IMG/VR virus record: IMGVR_UViG_3300017963_000102 | Source: a virus | Direction: 5' to 3' (one strand) | DNA: 44,822 bases | Shown: piece by piece, positions 34,249 through 42,909 of the stretch | How positions within the stretch are numbered: position 1 is the stretch's first letter | Layout of the letters: each line of letters begins with the position of its first letter | Position numbers and translations under genes: made by a program | Notes under the pieces: generated by a model | The model's database searches: none | The model's input: only the letters and a program-made list of their open reading frames with translations | Told to the model about the DNA's origin: nothing

Positions 34249-34860
34249 ATGGAGCAGATGAAATACGAGCAGTACCGCCCGCTCGCTCGTACAGGTGACA
34301 TCGCCCTCTTCGACGGGAAGGGGGCGGTTTCCTGTTTGATTAAGTGGTTTTCGCGGGGGGACTGGTCGCACGTGGGCCTGATCCTCCGCCTCGATGAGTG
34401 GGACTGCGTGCTGCTCTGGGAGTCGACCACGCTGAGCGACGTGGCGGACGTGGAGAGCGGCAAGCCTCGCAAGGGCGTGCAGCTGGTACCCCTCCGCAAC
34501 CGGATAGCCGGCTACGACGGACGGCTCGCGATCCGCCGGATCCAGAAGGAGCTGCCCAGCGACAAGAAGGCGGAGCTGGCCCGGTTCCGCACGATGGTGC
34601 GCGGCCGGCCCTACGAGGAGAGCCTGATCGAGCTGGCCAAGGCAGCCTGGGACGGCCCGTTCGGCAAGAACACGCCGGACCTGTCGAGCCTGTTTTGCAG
34701 CGAGGGTGTGGCGGCGGCGTTGCAGTTCATCGGGCTGATCGGGGAGTCGATCCCCAGCAACGAGTACACGCCGGACGACTTCGGCACGGACACGGACGTC
34801 CTCACGCGCCAAGCGGCACCGGGCTGGGCCTGGGGCCCTGAAACGCTAATCGCGGACTGA
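34249..34860 (+). CDS. permuted papain-fold (NlpC/P60 superfamily, YiiX/YaeF-like) amidase; endolysin candidate
   Basis: ATG with AAGGAG 7 nt upstream. The N-terminal GDIALF...WFSRGDWSHVGLI (His), then ESTTLSDV...GVQLVPL, then the late catalytic-type Cys in LFCSEGVAAAL match the permuted order of that family. Confidence 0.55.
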   Translation: MEQMKYEQYRPLARTGDIALFDGKGAVSCLIKWFSRGDWSHVGLILRLDEWDCVLLWESTTLSDVADVESGKPRKGVQLVPLRNRIAGYDGRLAIRRIQKELPSDKKAELARFRTMVRGRPYEESLIELAKAAWDGPFGKNTPDLSSLFCSEGVAAALQFIGLIGESIPSNEYTPDDFGTDTDVLTRQAAPGWAWGPETLIAD

Positions 34861-34861
34861 T

Positions 34862-34889
34862 GGCCGTATGCGTGAACGGCCTTGATTTC
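34862..34889 (+). terminator. weak terminator-like hairpin
   Basis: GGCCGT (34862..34867) pairs with ACGGCC (34876..34881) around an 8-nt loop, followed by TTGATTTC. Confidence 0.3.
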
Positions 34890-34967
34890 ATGCCGGACGA
34901 GGAGCTCGGGCAGCAGCTGGGCTGCCTGGCGATTTTCAGCAAGGTTCTGACCCCAAGGAGCAAACGA

Positions 34968-35387
34968 ATGCCAACAACGAAGGCGACGCAGCTGAACTTC
35001 ACGATGGGGAAACCCACGGTTGACGTGACGGTGCAGGCGCCCCCGCCGCTGATCGGGTGCATGGTGCGGCTCGAGATCCAAGAGCCGGATCAGTATCGGA
35101 AGACGCGGGCCGTACACCCGGACCTCGAGTACTGCGAGATCAATAACGCCCGCGACGCCGAGGCCTTCGCCCGTATGTTGCGGACCGCGGCTGATGAAGT
35201 GAAGAAGCTTTTCGCGGTGCAGGCGCCGGCGAAGCCCAAGGCCAGGCCGAAGAAGAAACCGACACGCAGACCGCCGCCGAAGAAGAAGCCGGCGCCGCCT
35301 GGGACGACGCCGAAACCCCTTCCGCACGTCGCGGTTGACGCGAAGCTCGACAAGTACCGCAAGAGCGCGAAGAAGAAGGCGGGCTGA
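34968..35387 (+). CDS. hypothetical protein with Lys/Pro-rich basic tail
   Basis: ATG 34968 has AAGGAG 7 nt upstream, whereas the longer 34860 start has none. The C-terminus is AKPKARPKKKPTRRPPPKKKPAPPGTTPKP...KSAKKKAG. Confidence 0.6.
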   Translation: MPTTKATQLNFTMGKPTVDVTVQAPPPLIGCMVRLEIQEPDQYRKTRAVHPDLEYCEINNARDAEAFARMLRTAADEVKKLFAVQAPAKPKARPKKKPTRRPPPKKKPAPPGTTPKPLPHVAVDAKLDKYRKSAKKKAG

Positions 35388-36016
35388 TGGGCCGGCCCCC
35401 GTCAGACGAGGTTCGGATCCGGCAGGCGCTCCCGCTCAAGATGACGTTGCGGGATCTATACCAGCCCGCGATGCCGCGGCGGGCTGATGTGGGGTTCCTC
35501 GAGGTCGTTATCAAGCCCGAGGAGGCGCTGGCCCAGGTAGTCGAGCAGCTCGAGCACCTGGGCGAGATCGGGGAGACGCCGGGACACATCCTCCTCGGGA
35601 TGGAGGTGTACCGGAGTCTGCTGAACGACGAGGAGGATCTGAAGAAGTGCGGCTACACGGCCTTCAACGCACCGGACCGGTGGCGGGACTACATCCACCC
35701 GCGTGAGTTCATGTGCTACGGCGTGCGGGTGCATCTTATCCCCTGGATGCGGGGCTGCTTGGTCGTCCCGAGGCTGTGCCCGTGTGGTCGGGCGGGCCCG
35801 CCAGGCCCGCGCGAGAAACTTCCCGGCGAGCAGGGCCTGGTGATGGGGCTGCCCGTCGAGCAGACGGAGCTCCCCATGTGGCCCCCTGAGTTCGACCGGA
35901 AGGCGATCGAGCGTATGCAGGCGTTTCTGTTCAAGGCAGTGGAGCGTTTCGTGAGGCGTCCGCCGCCGCTGCGTCAGTTCGTGCGCGGCCGGCGGATCCT
36001 CTGGTGGTGGTTCTGA
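35387..36016 (+). CDS. hypothetical protein
   Basis: TGATG overlap with the upstream gene. The 209-aa product has good codon bias. Confidence 0.65.
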   Translation: MGRPPSDEVRIRQALPLKMTLRDLYQPAMPRRADVGFLEVVIKPEEALAQVVEQLEHLGEIGETPGHILLGMEVYRSLLNDEEDLKKCGYTAFNAPDRWRDYIHPREFMCYGVRVHLIPWMRGCLVVPRLCPCGRAGPPGPREKLPGEQGLVMGLPVEQTELPMWPPEFDRKAIERMQAFLFKAVERFVRRPPPLRQFVRGRRILWWWF

Positions 36017-36047
36017 AGGGAGTGACAACTGCTACGGAGAGCAAGAC

Positions 36048-36863
36048 ATGCAGCGATACGTGCATCTGTACATCACCGGGTACGCCAACCAGATCGCGAA
36101 CGAATACCGGCGGGTCGCCGCGCTCGCGCAGACGCCTTATTGGGAGTACTTGACCGGACTGATCGTGTACCTACCGCACCCGAAGGAGTCGCGCGAGATG
36201 ATGAATAACCCGCTGGTGCTCGACCTGGTCCAGATAGTGAAGGAGCGGAACAAGCGTCTGTTCATAGGCTGCAACGCTTACGTGTCCTGGGCTGGGTCGG
36301 TGAATGCTCGATCGTCCCCGGCGCGTACGTGCTGCCCGTTCGACGCGACCCACTGGACCAGTGTACTCGCGTGGGCCAAGACCCTGGCTCTCCACTTCGG
36401 GGGCCAGCCCTGCATCAACGTCGAAATCTACGGCAAGTTCATGGAGGTTTTTGAGCAGACCCCGCTAGAGGGCAACGACCGGGAGCGCGTTGAAGGGGCG
36501 ATGGCCGAGGGTGTTGACGAGGAGAACCAGGTCATGCTGGCGCGTCCTGGCCGGTGGTGGTCGGACCCAACGAAGCACCACACAACCAGCGACAAGCTTG
36601 CGGTGACGACGTGTGAGGCGTGTACCTACGGGATCCGTGAGCCCTGGGAGCTGCCGAGCTACGCCTCGCCGGCCGTCAACCGGCCATGGATGTGGGGCAC
36701 GGACGTGGCAAGGATCCCTTTGGACGAGGCGATCACGTTCACGACCGAGGGATTACCCGGGTGCGTGGGCCAGGACATCTGGATCCCACACGAGCTGGGC
36801 AAGGCAGGCGAACCGGACTACGAGCCGGACTTTTTCTACCGGACGCTCGTTCCGACCGGATAG
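36048..36863 (+). CDS. hypothetical protein
   Basis: ATG with ACGGAGAG upstream; 271 aa. Confidence 0.65.
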   Translation: MQRYVHLYITGYANQIANEYRRVAALAQTPYWEYLTGLIVYLPHPKESREMMNNPLVLDLVQIVKERNKRLFIGCNAYVSWAGSVNARSSPARTCCPFDATHWTSVLAWAKTLALHFGGQPCINVEIYGKFMEVFEQTPLEGNDRERVEGAMAEGVDEENQVMLARPGRWWSDPTKHHTTSDKLAVTTCEACTYGIREPWELPSYASPAVNRPWMWGTDVARIPLDEAITFTTEGLPGCVGQDIWIPHELGKAGEPDYEPDFFYRTLVPTG

Positions 36864-36903
36864 CGAGGAGCGACACATAGTGCAAGAAAGGAGACTGAAC
36901 AGA

Positions 36904-37197
36904 ATGGGTGACAGACAACAGGAAATCGACGCGGCGATCATCGAGGACAAGCAGCTGCGGCAGTGGCTCGACACGACGCTTCAGAAGTTGAAGGCGATGG
37001 ACCACAAGAGCCGTGAGCGGTCGCTGGCGAAGATCCAGGAAGCAATGCGGTCGCTGGCGGCGACGAAGATCCAGGAAGCAATCATGTGGCTCGGGATGGA
37101 TCTGAAGGAGCTCGCCGGCGGCGTGTCGTGCTACAAGCACGGGTACGACCCGCAGTCGACGAAGGTGGATCCGCCCCCTGACGGGGTGAAGCTGTAG
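36904..37197 (+). CDS. small helical protein with internal tandem duplication
   Basis: ATG 36904 with AAGGAG 10 nt upstream; 97 aa. The repeat is RSLAKIQEAM / RSLAATKIQEAIMW. Confidence 0.65.
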   Translation: MGDRQQEIDAAIIEDKQLRQWLDTTLQKLKAMDHKSRERSLAKIQEAMRSLAATKIQEAIMWLGMDLKELAGGVSCYKHGYDPQSTKVDPPPDGVKL

Positions 37198-37342
37198 CGT
37201 CCCGGACCCGGGACAACGTCCGAGAATGATAAGTTACGTTGCATTCGATTATCCAGACCTAGCGGCGGTCGGAGATGAGACAGAGTGATAACGTGTGGTG
37301 TCGGCCGGCTATTACCCGACGGCTCTTAATGGGAAGCAGGTG

Positions 37343-37582
37343 ATGCCCCGACGCCCCGCTGACAACAACGGCTTCACGCAGTGCTGGAACGACGTCCGGC
37401 GGTACCTGCTGGAGGCGGGGCCCAGCACGTACAAGGACATTCGGGCCAACATCCCGGCGAAGCACAACGAGCACCGGCTCAAGTCGGTGCTGCGAGCTGG
37501 GCGGTTCCGGGGCTACATCACACGTGTGTACAGCGGCACCGGTTCGAGCCGGCTGACCACGTACCAATGGAGTGCGGTCTGA
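37343..37582 (+). CDS. small winged-helix-like protein (start uncertain; ORF open from GTG 37295)
   Basis: The product MPRRPADNNGFTQCWNDVRRYLLEAGPSTYKDIRANI...RFRGYITRV has good codon bias. It follows an AT-rich intergenic region. Confidence 0.55.
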   Translation: MPRRPADNNGFTQCWNDVRRYLLEAGPSTYKDIRANIPAKHNEHRLKSVLRAGRFRGYITRVYSGTGSSRLTTYQWSAV

Positions 37583-37767
37583 TGCGGATCAGCGTGGACG
37601 TAGAGGGCCTGCTGATGGTGATCGACCAGCGTGTCGATCGGGTCCTCCTCTACCGTCCGCCTGGGAAAATAGTCGAATGCACGATCGGCGAGCTCGTGCA
37701 GGCGTGTGACCGAGTACTCGAGCAACGAAAGGACGGAGCCAATGCGACAGACACTAAAGAGCCTTGA
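37582..37767 (+). CDS. hypothetical protein (61 aa)
   Basis: TGATG overlap with the upstream gene and GGAG 10 nt upstream. Confidence 0.55.
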   Translation: MRISVDVEGLLMVIDQRVDRVLLYRPPGKIVECTIGELVQACDRVLEQRKDGANATDTKEP

Positions 37768-38119
37768 CGATCTGAAGAACGTGCAGAGCGGGGCGCTCAA
37801 CGCGAAGTTCGAGCAGTCGCTCCAGGAGGTCCTCGCGGACATGCAGGACCGCCCGGCTCTGCTGAAGCTTCGGAAGGTGGTCGTGACGCTGACGTTCGTA
37901 CCGGTGCCCGACACCGACGGGGGCCTGCTGGCGTCGGTGAACTTCCAGGGCACGGTGGAGAAGTCCATCCCGAAGCACCGGACGCGAGTACTCGCCGGCC
38001 GGGCGCACGGGACGGCGGAGGTCCGTTGGGACGACCTCTCCACGGATGACGCGCACCAGAGCACGATCGACGATGAGCTGGCCCGGAAGGCGGACCCTAC
38101 GGAGTCGGACGGGCAATAG
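37742..38119 (+). CDS. hypothetical protein (125 aa)
   Basis: ATG 37742 with GGAG 5 nt upstream. It overlaps the previous gene by 26 nt out of frame. Confidence 0.6.
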   Translation: MRQTLKSLDDLKNVQSGALNAKFEQSLQEVLADMQDRPALLKLRKVVVTLTFVPVPDTDGGLLASVNFQGTVEKSIPKHRTRVLAGRAHGTAEVRWDDLSTDDAHQSTIDDELARKADPTESDGQ

Positions 38120-38234
38120 CACACTGGGTAGGAGTGACGGAACGGTACCGGCGCCGCTGGTGGCGGATCGGACTGGTGGACGTGTGAGCGAGTTCTGGAA
38201 GAGCCAGGACAGACTGATGAAAGGACGGTGGCAG

Positions 38235-39014
38235 ATGGAACTGAGCGGCGAAGCGATCGACAAGATCGCCAAACTGGTGGAGAAGGCCCAGGAACCCCGC
38301 GTCGAGGTGCGCGGCTGGTGTTCGCACTATCTCCTGCGCAACGCCGACGGCACGTATGCCGTGTTGGATGAGCCCACGGCTCCGCGGTCGGCGCGGTTCT
38401 CGAACCTCGAGAGTTTCGCGGAGGCAATCAAGCGATGGGGATCCAAGGAGCACACGAGTATCTACCTCGAGGAGGACGGGCTGACGGCGGTGCTGGACGA
38501 CGAACTCGACTACCGACGGCGTGAGTGTCTGGGTTTCCGGCTGCGGACCACGTGTCACTGGCAGTCGCTGTTCACCTGGAGCGGCAAGGCCTACGGGCAC
38601 AAGGCGTTCACCCGACAGCTGCGCGTCGAGCTGCGGGACGCCCTCGAGCCCGAGGTCCTCACGACCATCATGTCGCTGAACGTGTCGACCGCGAAGACCG
38701 CGGAGGCCGTTCTGGCCCAGGGGGCGGACGAGATGGGCGCCCGCGTGGCCCAGAAAGCAGCTTTCGGCGACACGGCGGTGCCGGAGTTCCTGACATTCCG
38801 CGTGGACGTGTACCGCGACTTTCGCGGGCACCCGAAGGAGGTGCAGGGGGTTCTGACGCTGGAGTTCGACGACGGCGGCAACGTCCGGTTTGCCCTGGAT
38901 CCCGTCCAGGAAATGATCGAGCTCGCCCAAGAGCAGACGCTCGCGGAGGTGAGCGAGGCGCTTCAGAAGCTGCTCGGCGGCGGCTGGCACATCTACCGCG
39001 GAGTTCCGACCTGA
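38235..39014 (+). CDS. hypothetical protein (DUF2303/YfdQ-like by overall pattern, tentative)
   Basis: ATG 38235, with 38217 as an alternative, inside the 38046..39014 ORF. About 259 aa. The resemblance to prophage YfdQ-type proteins is recalled from memory only. Confidence 0.5.
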   Translation: MELSGEAIDKIAKLVEKAQEPRVEVRGWCSHYLLRNADGTYAVLDEPTAPRSARFSNLESFAEAIKRWGSKEHTSIYLEEDGLTAVLDDELDYRRRECLGFRLRTTCHWQSLFTWSGKAYGHKAFTRQLRVELRDALEPEVLTTIMSLNVSTAKTAEAVLAQGADEMGARVAQKAAFGDTAVPEFLTFRVDVYRDFRGHPKEVQGVLTLEFDDGGNVRFALDPVQEMIELAQEQTLAEVSEALQKLLGGGWHIYRGVPT

Positions 39015-39475
39015 TGCCGAACCACAACGCCCCGATCGGGCACCCGCCGCACGAGCGGGTGCTATTCCTGATGCTCGGCCTTCCCTCGAGCGGGAAGACG
39101 ACCTGGTGCAGGAACTGGACGAGCGTCCCGACGATCCACATGGATCACCTGCGGCACTGCTTTCACGGCCAGGAGTACATCGAGCAGCTCGAGCCCTGGA
39201 TCATCGAGCTGGCCCATATGTTCGCGAAGACGCTGCTGCATCGGTACAGGCGGATAGTGGTCGATGACGCAAACTGGACGCGGCACCGGCGGCGGTTCTT
39301 CTTTTTCCACGGGGTGACGACCCACATGCTCTGGCGCAAGGCCACGGTCGAGCAGTGTCTAGAGCGGGCCCCAGCCGAGCGCCAGGAGCGGCTGCAGGCG
39401 GTGGCCCGGGCGTTCGAGCCGCCTGATGAGAGCGAATGGGAAGGGTACGGAGATCCCTTCATTACGATCGTGTGA
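39014..39475 (+). CDS. P-loop NTPase/kinase-like protein
   Basis: TGATG overlap with the upstream gene. It has Walker A (MLGLPSSGKTT) and a Walker-B-like RIVVDDAN. At 153 aa it resembles small polynucleotide or nucleotide kinase-type proteins. Confidence 0.55.
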   Translation: MPNHNAPIGHPPHERVLFLMLGLPSSGKTTWCRNWTSVPTIHMDHLRHCFHGQEYIEQLEPWIIELAHMFAKTLLHRYRRIVVDDANWTRHRRRFFFFHGVTTHMLWRKATVEQCLERAPAERQERLQAVARAFEPPDESEWEGYGDPFITIV

Positions 39476-39495
39476 CACGTAGACAGGAGAGACTC

Positions 39496-40227
39496 ATGAG
39501 AGAACAGACACCGCCACCATTGTTGTGGCTCGACAAACCAAGAGGCGCGGGCATCCCGGGCGACTTGCGTCTCTACTTCAACGCGGCGGACGTCCCGCCG
39601 AAGCCCGGCAACGTGGAGCGGTACCTGTTTCTGGTACCGCCGGGGATGGGTGGCGACCAGCCGGAGGAATTCTGGGACGAGCAGGACCTGTTCGAGGGCG
39701 TACTGCGAGCAGTGCGCGGCGAAACACGCCTGGGCGTTCTCCCTGGCGTAACGGTCTACAGCACCACGATCGTGGTCGCCACGGTTGTATACGACAGGCG
39801 AAACGACACCGCCGGCGAGCTGCGGCGCAGTGACCTGTCCTTCATTGTGGGCCGGGTCGCGCAGCCCGAGGGCGGACTGCGCGAGGGGCTCGCGACCAAG
39901 ACGATCGCGATCCGCTTGCCACTGGGATCTGCGGACGTCGACCAGGTCCGTCATGCGCAGCCGGCGAGCCAGCACGACCTGATGGCCCCGAACCAGCCCG
40001 AGCTTTTGGTACCGAAGACGGAGACGCCAAGCGATCTGGCGGCGCCACTTCCACCGACGCCCCCGCCGGGGATTCCGCCGACGGCACCGGAAGCAGGGCC
40101 AGAGCAGCCCAACGAGCCGACGGTGTCCGAGGGCATAGCGGCGGAGATCGCGGCGACGAACCCGGATCCGCCACCAGCGGCGGCACCGACGGCGCCGGGC
40201 GCGGCGCCACCGGTGGTACCGACGTAG
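39496..40227 (+). CDS. hypothetical protein with Pro-rich C-terminal tail
   Basis: ATG with AGGAGAG upstream; 243 aa. Confidence 0.6.
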   Translation: MREQTPPPLLWLDKPRGAGIPGDLRLYFNAADVPPKPGNVERYLFLVPPGMGGDQPEEFWDEQDLFEGVLRAVRGETRLGVLPGVTVYSTTIVVATVVYDRRNDTAGELRRSDLSFIVGRVAQPEGGLREGLATKTIAIRLPLGSADVDQVRHAQPASQHDLMAPNQPELLVPKTETPSDLAAPLPPTPPPGIPPTAPEAGPEQPNEPTVSEGIAAEIAATNPDPPPAAAPTAPGAAPPVVPT

Positions 40228-40261
40228 ACTCCTATCGCCCCCCGGGTCCTGGGCCTTCACG

Positions 40262-40552
40262 ATGAAAGGACGCACACCCAGGACCCGGGGACGCTTCGAG
40301 AGGAACCAGGTGTACTATCAGCGCGGACGCTACTTCGTGGAAGGCCTGGACGCAGACGAGCAGCTGGGCAAGATCGACGTCCTCGATCTGGATCCGGTCT
40401 CGTTCCGGGCGTGGGTCCTGCAGCAGCTCTTTGAGCACCACGGAGTCAACAGCCGCGTCGAGCCGAAAGGGACGGGCCCGCGGCTGCCCTTCCGCCAGGC
40501 GAAGCCGGAGGTTCGCCGGCCGGATCCACTGGGGCCCACGTCCCCACCGTAA
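40262..40552 (+). CDS. hypothetical basic protein (96 aa)
   Basis: Good third-position G/C bias but a weak SD. Confidence 0.5.
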   Translation: MKGRTPRTRGRFERNQVYYQRGRYFVEGLDADEQLGKIDVLDLDPVSFRAWVLQQLFEHHGVNSRVEPKGTGPRLPFRQAKPEVRRPDPLGPTSPP

Positions 40553-40565
40553 AGGAGATTCACGA

Positions 40566-41369
40566 ATGCCGAAACTCTACGACATGCTTCCCGAGAGCCG
40601 GCGGAAGATGGGGATGTGGTGGTCGGAGGCCTGGTCGCTGATTCACGGCTGCTCGGCGGTTTCGCCAGGGTGCGATCACTGCTGGGCTGAACGCCTGACG
40701 CACGTGCGGGCCCGTAACCCGAACCGGGCTGTCTCGGACCGACACGTGGGTCTGACGACCCGCAGGGGCAAGTGGCGCGGCGGGATCCGGATAGACAGCG
40801 AGCAGCTCGGCAAGCCCTACCGGAAGCAGAAACCCCAGGTCTTCGCGGTCTGGAACGATCTGTTTCACAAGGACGTCCCTGACGGGTTTCGCGATCGGGT
40901 CTTCGACACGATGCGGCGCACGCCCCATCACGCTTTCGTGGTGCTGACGAAGCGGCCGGAGATTATGAGCCGGTACATCGCGGATAAACCGGTCGTTCCC
41001 AATGTGATTCTGGGGACGTCGATCGAGGACGCGGAACGGGCCAAGGAGAGGATGCCGCACATGCGAAAGATCATGGGGTATCGTGCGGGTCCGCGGTGGC
41101 TGACGGTCCTGTGCTTCGAGCCGTTGGTGGGGCAGATCAAGAACCTGCCGGGGCCAGCGGCGGATCCGCTGCCGTCCTGGGTGATCGTCGGTGCGGAGCG
41201 GTGCGGAGCGGCGCCCGGGCGCCCCATGGAGGGGGACTGGGCCAGGCTGATCCGCAACAACAGCGAGCGGAACCGCGTCCCGTTCTGGTTCAAGGCCTGG
41301 GGCAACGGCGTGTTGCACCTGGACGAACGGCGATGGCTCGAGACGCCCGAGATCCCGGAGGCGGAGTAG
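40566..41369 (+). CDS. phage Gp37/Gp68 family (DUF5131-like) protein
   Basis: ATG with AAAGGAG 9 nt upstream. The N-terminal signature WSLIHGCSAVSPGCDHCWAERL matches the conserved GC...SPGC..C[YW]AE motif of that family (recalled from memory). Confidence 0.6.
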   Translation: MPKLYDMLPESRRKMGMWWSEAWSLIHGCSAVSPGCDHCWAERLTHVRARNPNRAVSDRHVGLTTRRGKWRGGIRIDSEQLGKPYRKQKPQVFAVWNDLFHKDVPDGFRDRVFDTMRRTPHHAFVVLTKRPEIMSRYIADKPVVPNVILGTSIEDAERAKERMPHMRKIMGYRAGPRWLTVLCFEPLVGQIKNLPGPAADPLPSWVIVGAERCGAAPGRPMEGDWARLIRNNSERNRVPFWFKAWGNGVLHLDERRWLETPEIPEAE

Positions 41370-41429
41370 TGACCGAGGTCTGGCAACTTCAGATCGGCTG
41401 GCCCAGTACGACTTGTCGAGGATTTGCTG

Positions 41430-41768
41430 ATGGCATTGGACGACAACCCCTTACAGCGTGACGACGGCCCGAAACCCCGTTACGGGATCAACAAGCAGGA
41501 CTGGATCGCCCACGACGCCGACCTCGAGGACGAGGTCCGCGAGCTCGCGGAGGCACTCCACCCCCAGCTGCGGGCCCAGTTCGAGACGTCGAAGCCGTAC
41601 ACGGTAAAGCGGGAGGAGGCCCCAGCGCCGACGCCAGCGGAGCAGGAGTGTCGGCTACGCACGTTCGCGAAGCCGGCACGGCCCTGGGTCAAGCTGCTGG
41701 TGTGGATCGTGATCGTCCTGGCGAGTATCGGCTTGTGGGGAATCATCATCTGGAGGTGTGCGACATGA
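41430..41768 (+). CDS. tail-anchored membrane protein
   Basis: ATG with GAGGA 8 nt upstream. There is a single C-terminal TM helix (WVKLLVWIVIVLASIGLWGIIIW). Confidence 0.6.
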   Translation: MALDDNPLQRDDGPKPRYGINKQDWIAHDADLEDEVRELAEALHPQLRAQFETSKPYTVKREEAPAPTPAEQECRLRTFAKPARPWVKLLVWIVIVLASIGLWGIIIWRCAT

Positions 41769-41920
41769 GCGACTCTTTCGATCCGGAGGACGCCCACGGC
41801 TGTAACAGCGTCCGCGAGCGCGACGCGGGCATGGTGGTCTGCTGGGTGCTTTTCGTGGGGTTTCTGGCTGCCCTGGTGATTGTGCCCTACCTGGTGGGGC
41901 AGGGCTGCGAGGGTGGGTAG
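41765..41920 (+). CDS. small single-pass membrane protein (51 aa)
   Basis: ATGA overlap with the upstream gene and GGAGG 8 nt upstream. The TM helix is MVVCWVLFVGFLAALVIVPYLVG. Confidence 0.55.
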   Translation: MSDSFDPEDAHGCNSVRERDAGMVVCWVLFVGFLAALVIVPYLVGQGCEGG

Positions 41921-41999
41921 ACTTTCCGACGCCGATAGACGATGATGGTACCGGACTCGCAGAACCTTGGGGCCCGGCCCGAGGATGGAGGATCCTCAC

Positions 42000-42896
42000 A
42001 TGGCCGGTCCGCACACGTTCGTAGGGTCGATCGACGGGGACTTCGGGACCGCGGGCAACTTCGACACAGGCGTTGTCCCGCTCAACGGCGAGGCCTGGTG
42101 CGTCAACCACCTGACGCAACGCAGCATTGACAGCGGCCTCGATCAGAGTGCCAAGACCTTCAGCCAGGTCGACATCGGACCCGGCTTCAACGGCAAGAAG
42201 ATCGGGACCGGCACCAGCACCCCCTTTCAGTGCGACATCACTAAACTCACCGTCACTGGCGCCCCGCTGGAGAGTTATTTCAAGGGGACCATCACCGAGG
42301 CGGTGGCCAACATGGAGAATCAGGCCGATGACGCCCTGGTTCTGCACCAGTGCCCGATCACCAGGCTGAACGTCCTGGCCGGCCGGGTGCGGGTCACCGG
42401 GACCGTCGAGCAGCCGGCGGGCTCCGTCTTCTTCCTGGGCTCGGAGGACGATTCGGACGACGACCTGCACAAGGCCGTTCTGAGCGTCGAGGAGAACGTC
42501 GACCTCACGACCAACAACACGAAGATCGTGCAGATGGGCGGCACGCTCTACGACGCGGTTTCCGTCGACGACCTGGTTCTCGGCGGCGGGCTGTTCTACC
42601 TGGGGCTCAACGCTGACGAGGACACGACCTACACCGCGGCCCTGGCGCTGTTCCAGCAGACGGGTGGCCAGCTCGAGTGGGCCGGCGACGGGACGATCGC
42701 CATGGGCCACGTGGCGGGCGGTTACTTCGTGAGTTCGAAGTTCGACATGGCGAAGACGCTCACGAACCTGAGCATGTACGGCAACGGCCAGGTGGATCTG
42801 CGCCGGGGCCACAACATCACGTTCACGAACCCGATCAGGAGCCTGGGGCGCTACGAGCCGCAGTATCCAATCGGCGGAACGAGGACCTTCGCGTAG
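42000..42896 (+). CDS. tail-associated structural protein (putative)
   Basis: ATG 42000 with GGAGG 8 nt upstream; 298 aa. The composition is beta-rich, and the gene opens the fibre module. Confidence 0.55.
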   Translation: MAGPHTFVGSIDGDFGTAGNFDTGVVPLNGEAWCVNHLTQRSIDSGLDQSAKTFSQVDIGPGFNGKKIGTGTSTPFQCDITKLTVTGAPLESYFKGTITEAVANMENQADDALVLHQCPITRLNVLAGRVRVTGTVEQPAGSVFFLGSEDDSDDDLHKAVLSVEENVDLTTNNTKIVQMGGTLYDAVSVDDLVLGGGLFYLGLNADEDTTYTAALALFQQTGGQLEWAGDGTIAMGHVAGGYFVSSKFDMAKTLTNLSMYGNGQVDLRRGHNITFTNPIRSLGRYEPQYPIGGTRTFA

Positions 42897-42909
42897 GAGG
42901 GCCGGCGCC

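Noticed and set aside
37199-37214. GC hairpin (GTCCCG-GACC-CGGGAC) after gene 36904..37197 as a terminator, and a promoter in the AT-rich stretch 37220..37260.
   Set aside because: The hairpin has no U-tract. The AT-rich stretch has no convincing -35/-10 pair at proper spacing. I noted it as a likely regulatory gap only.
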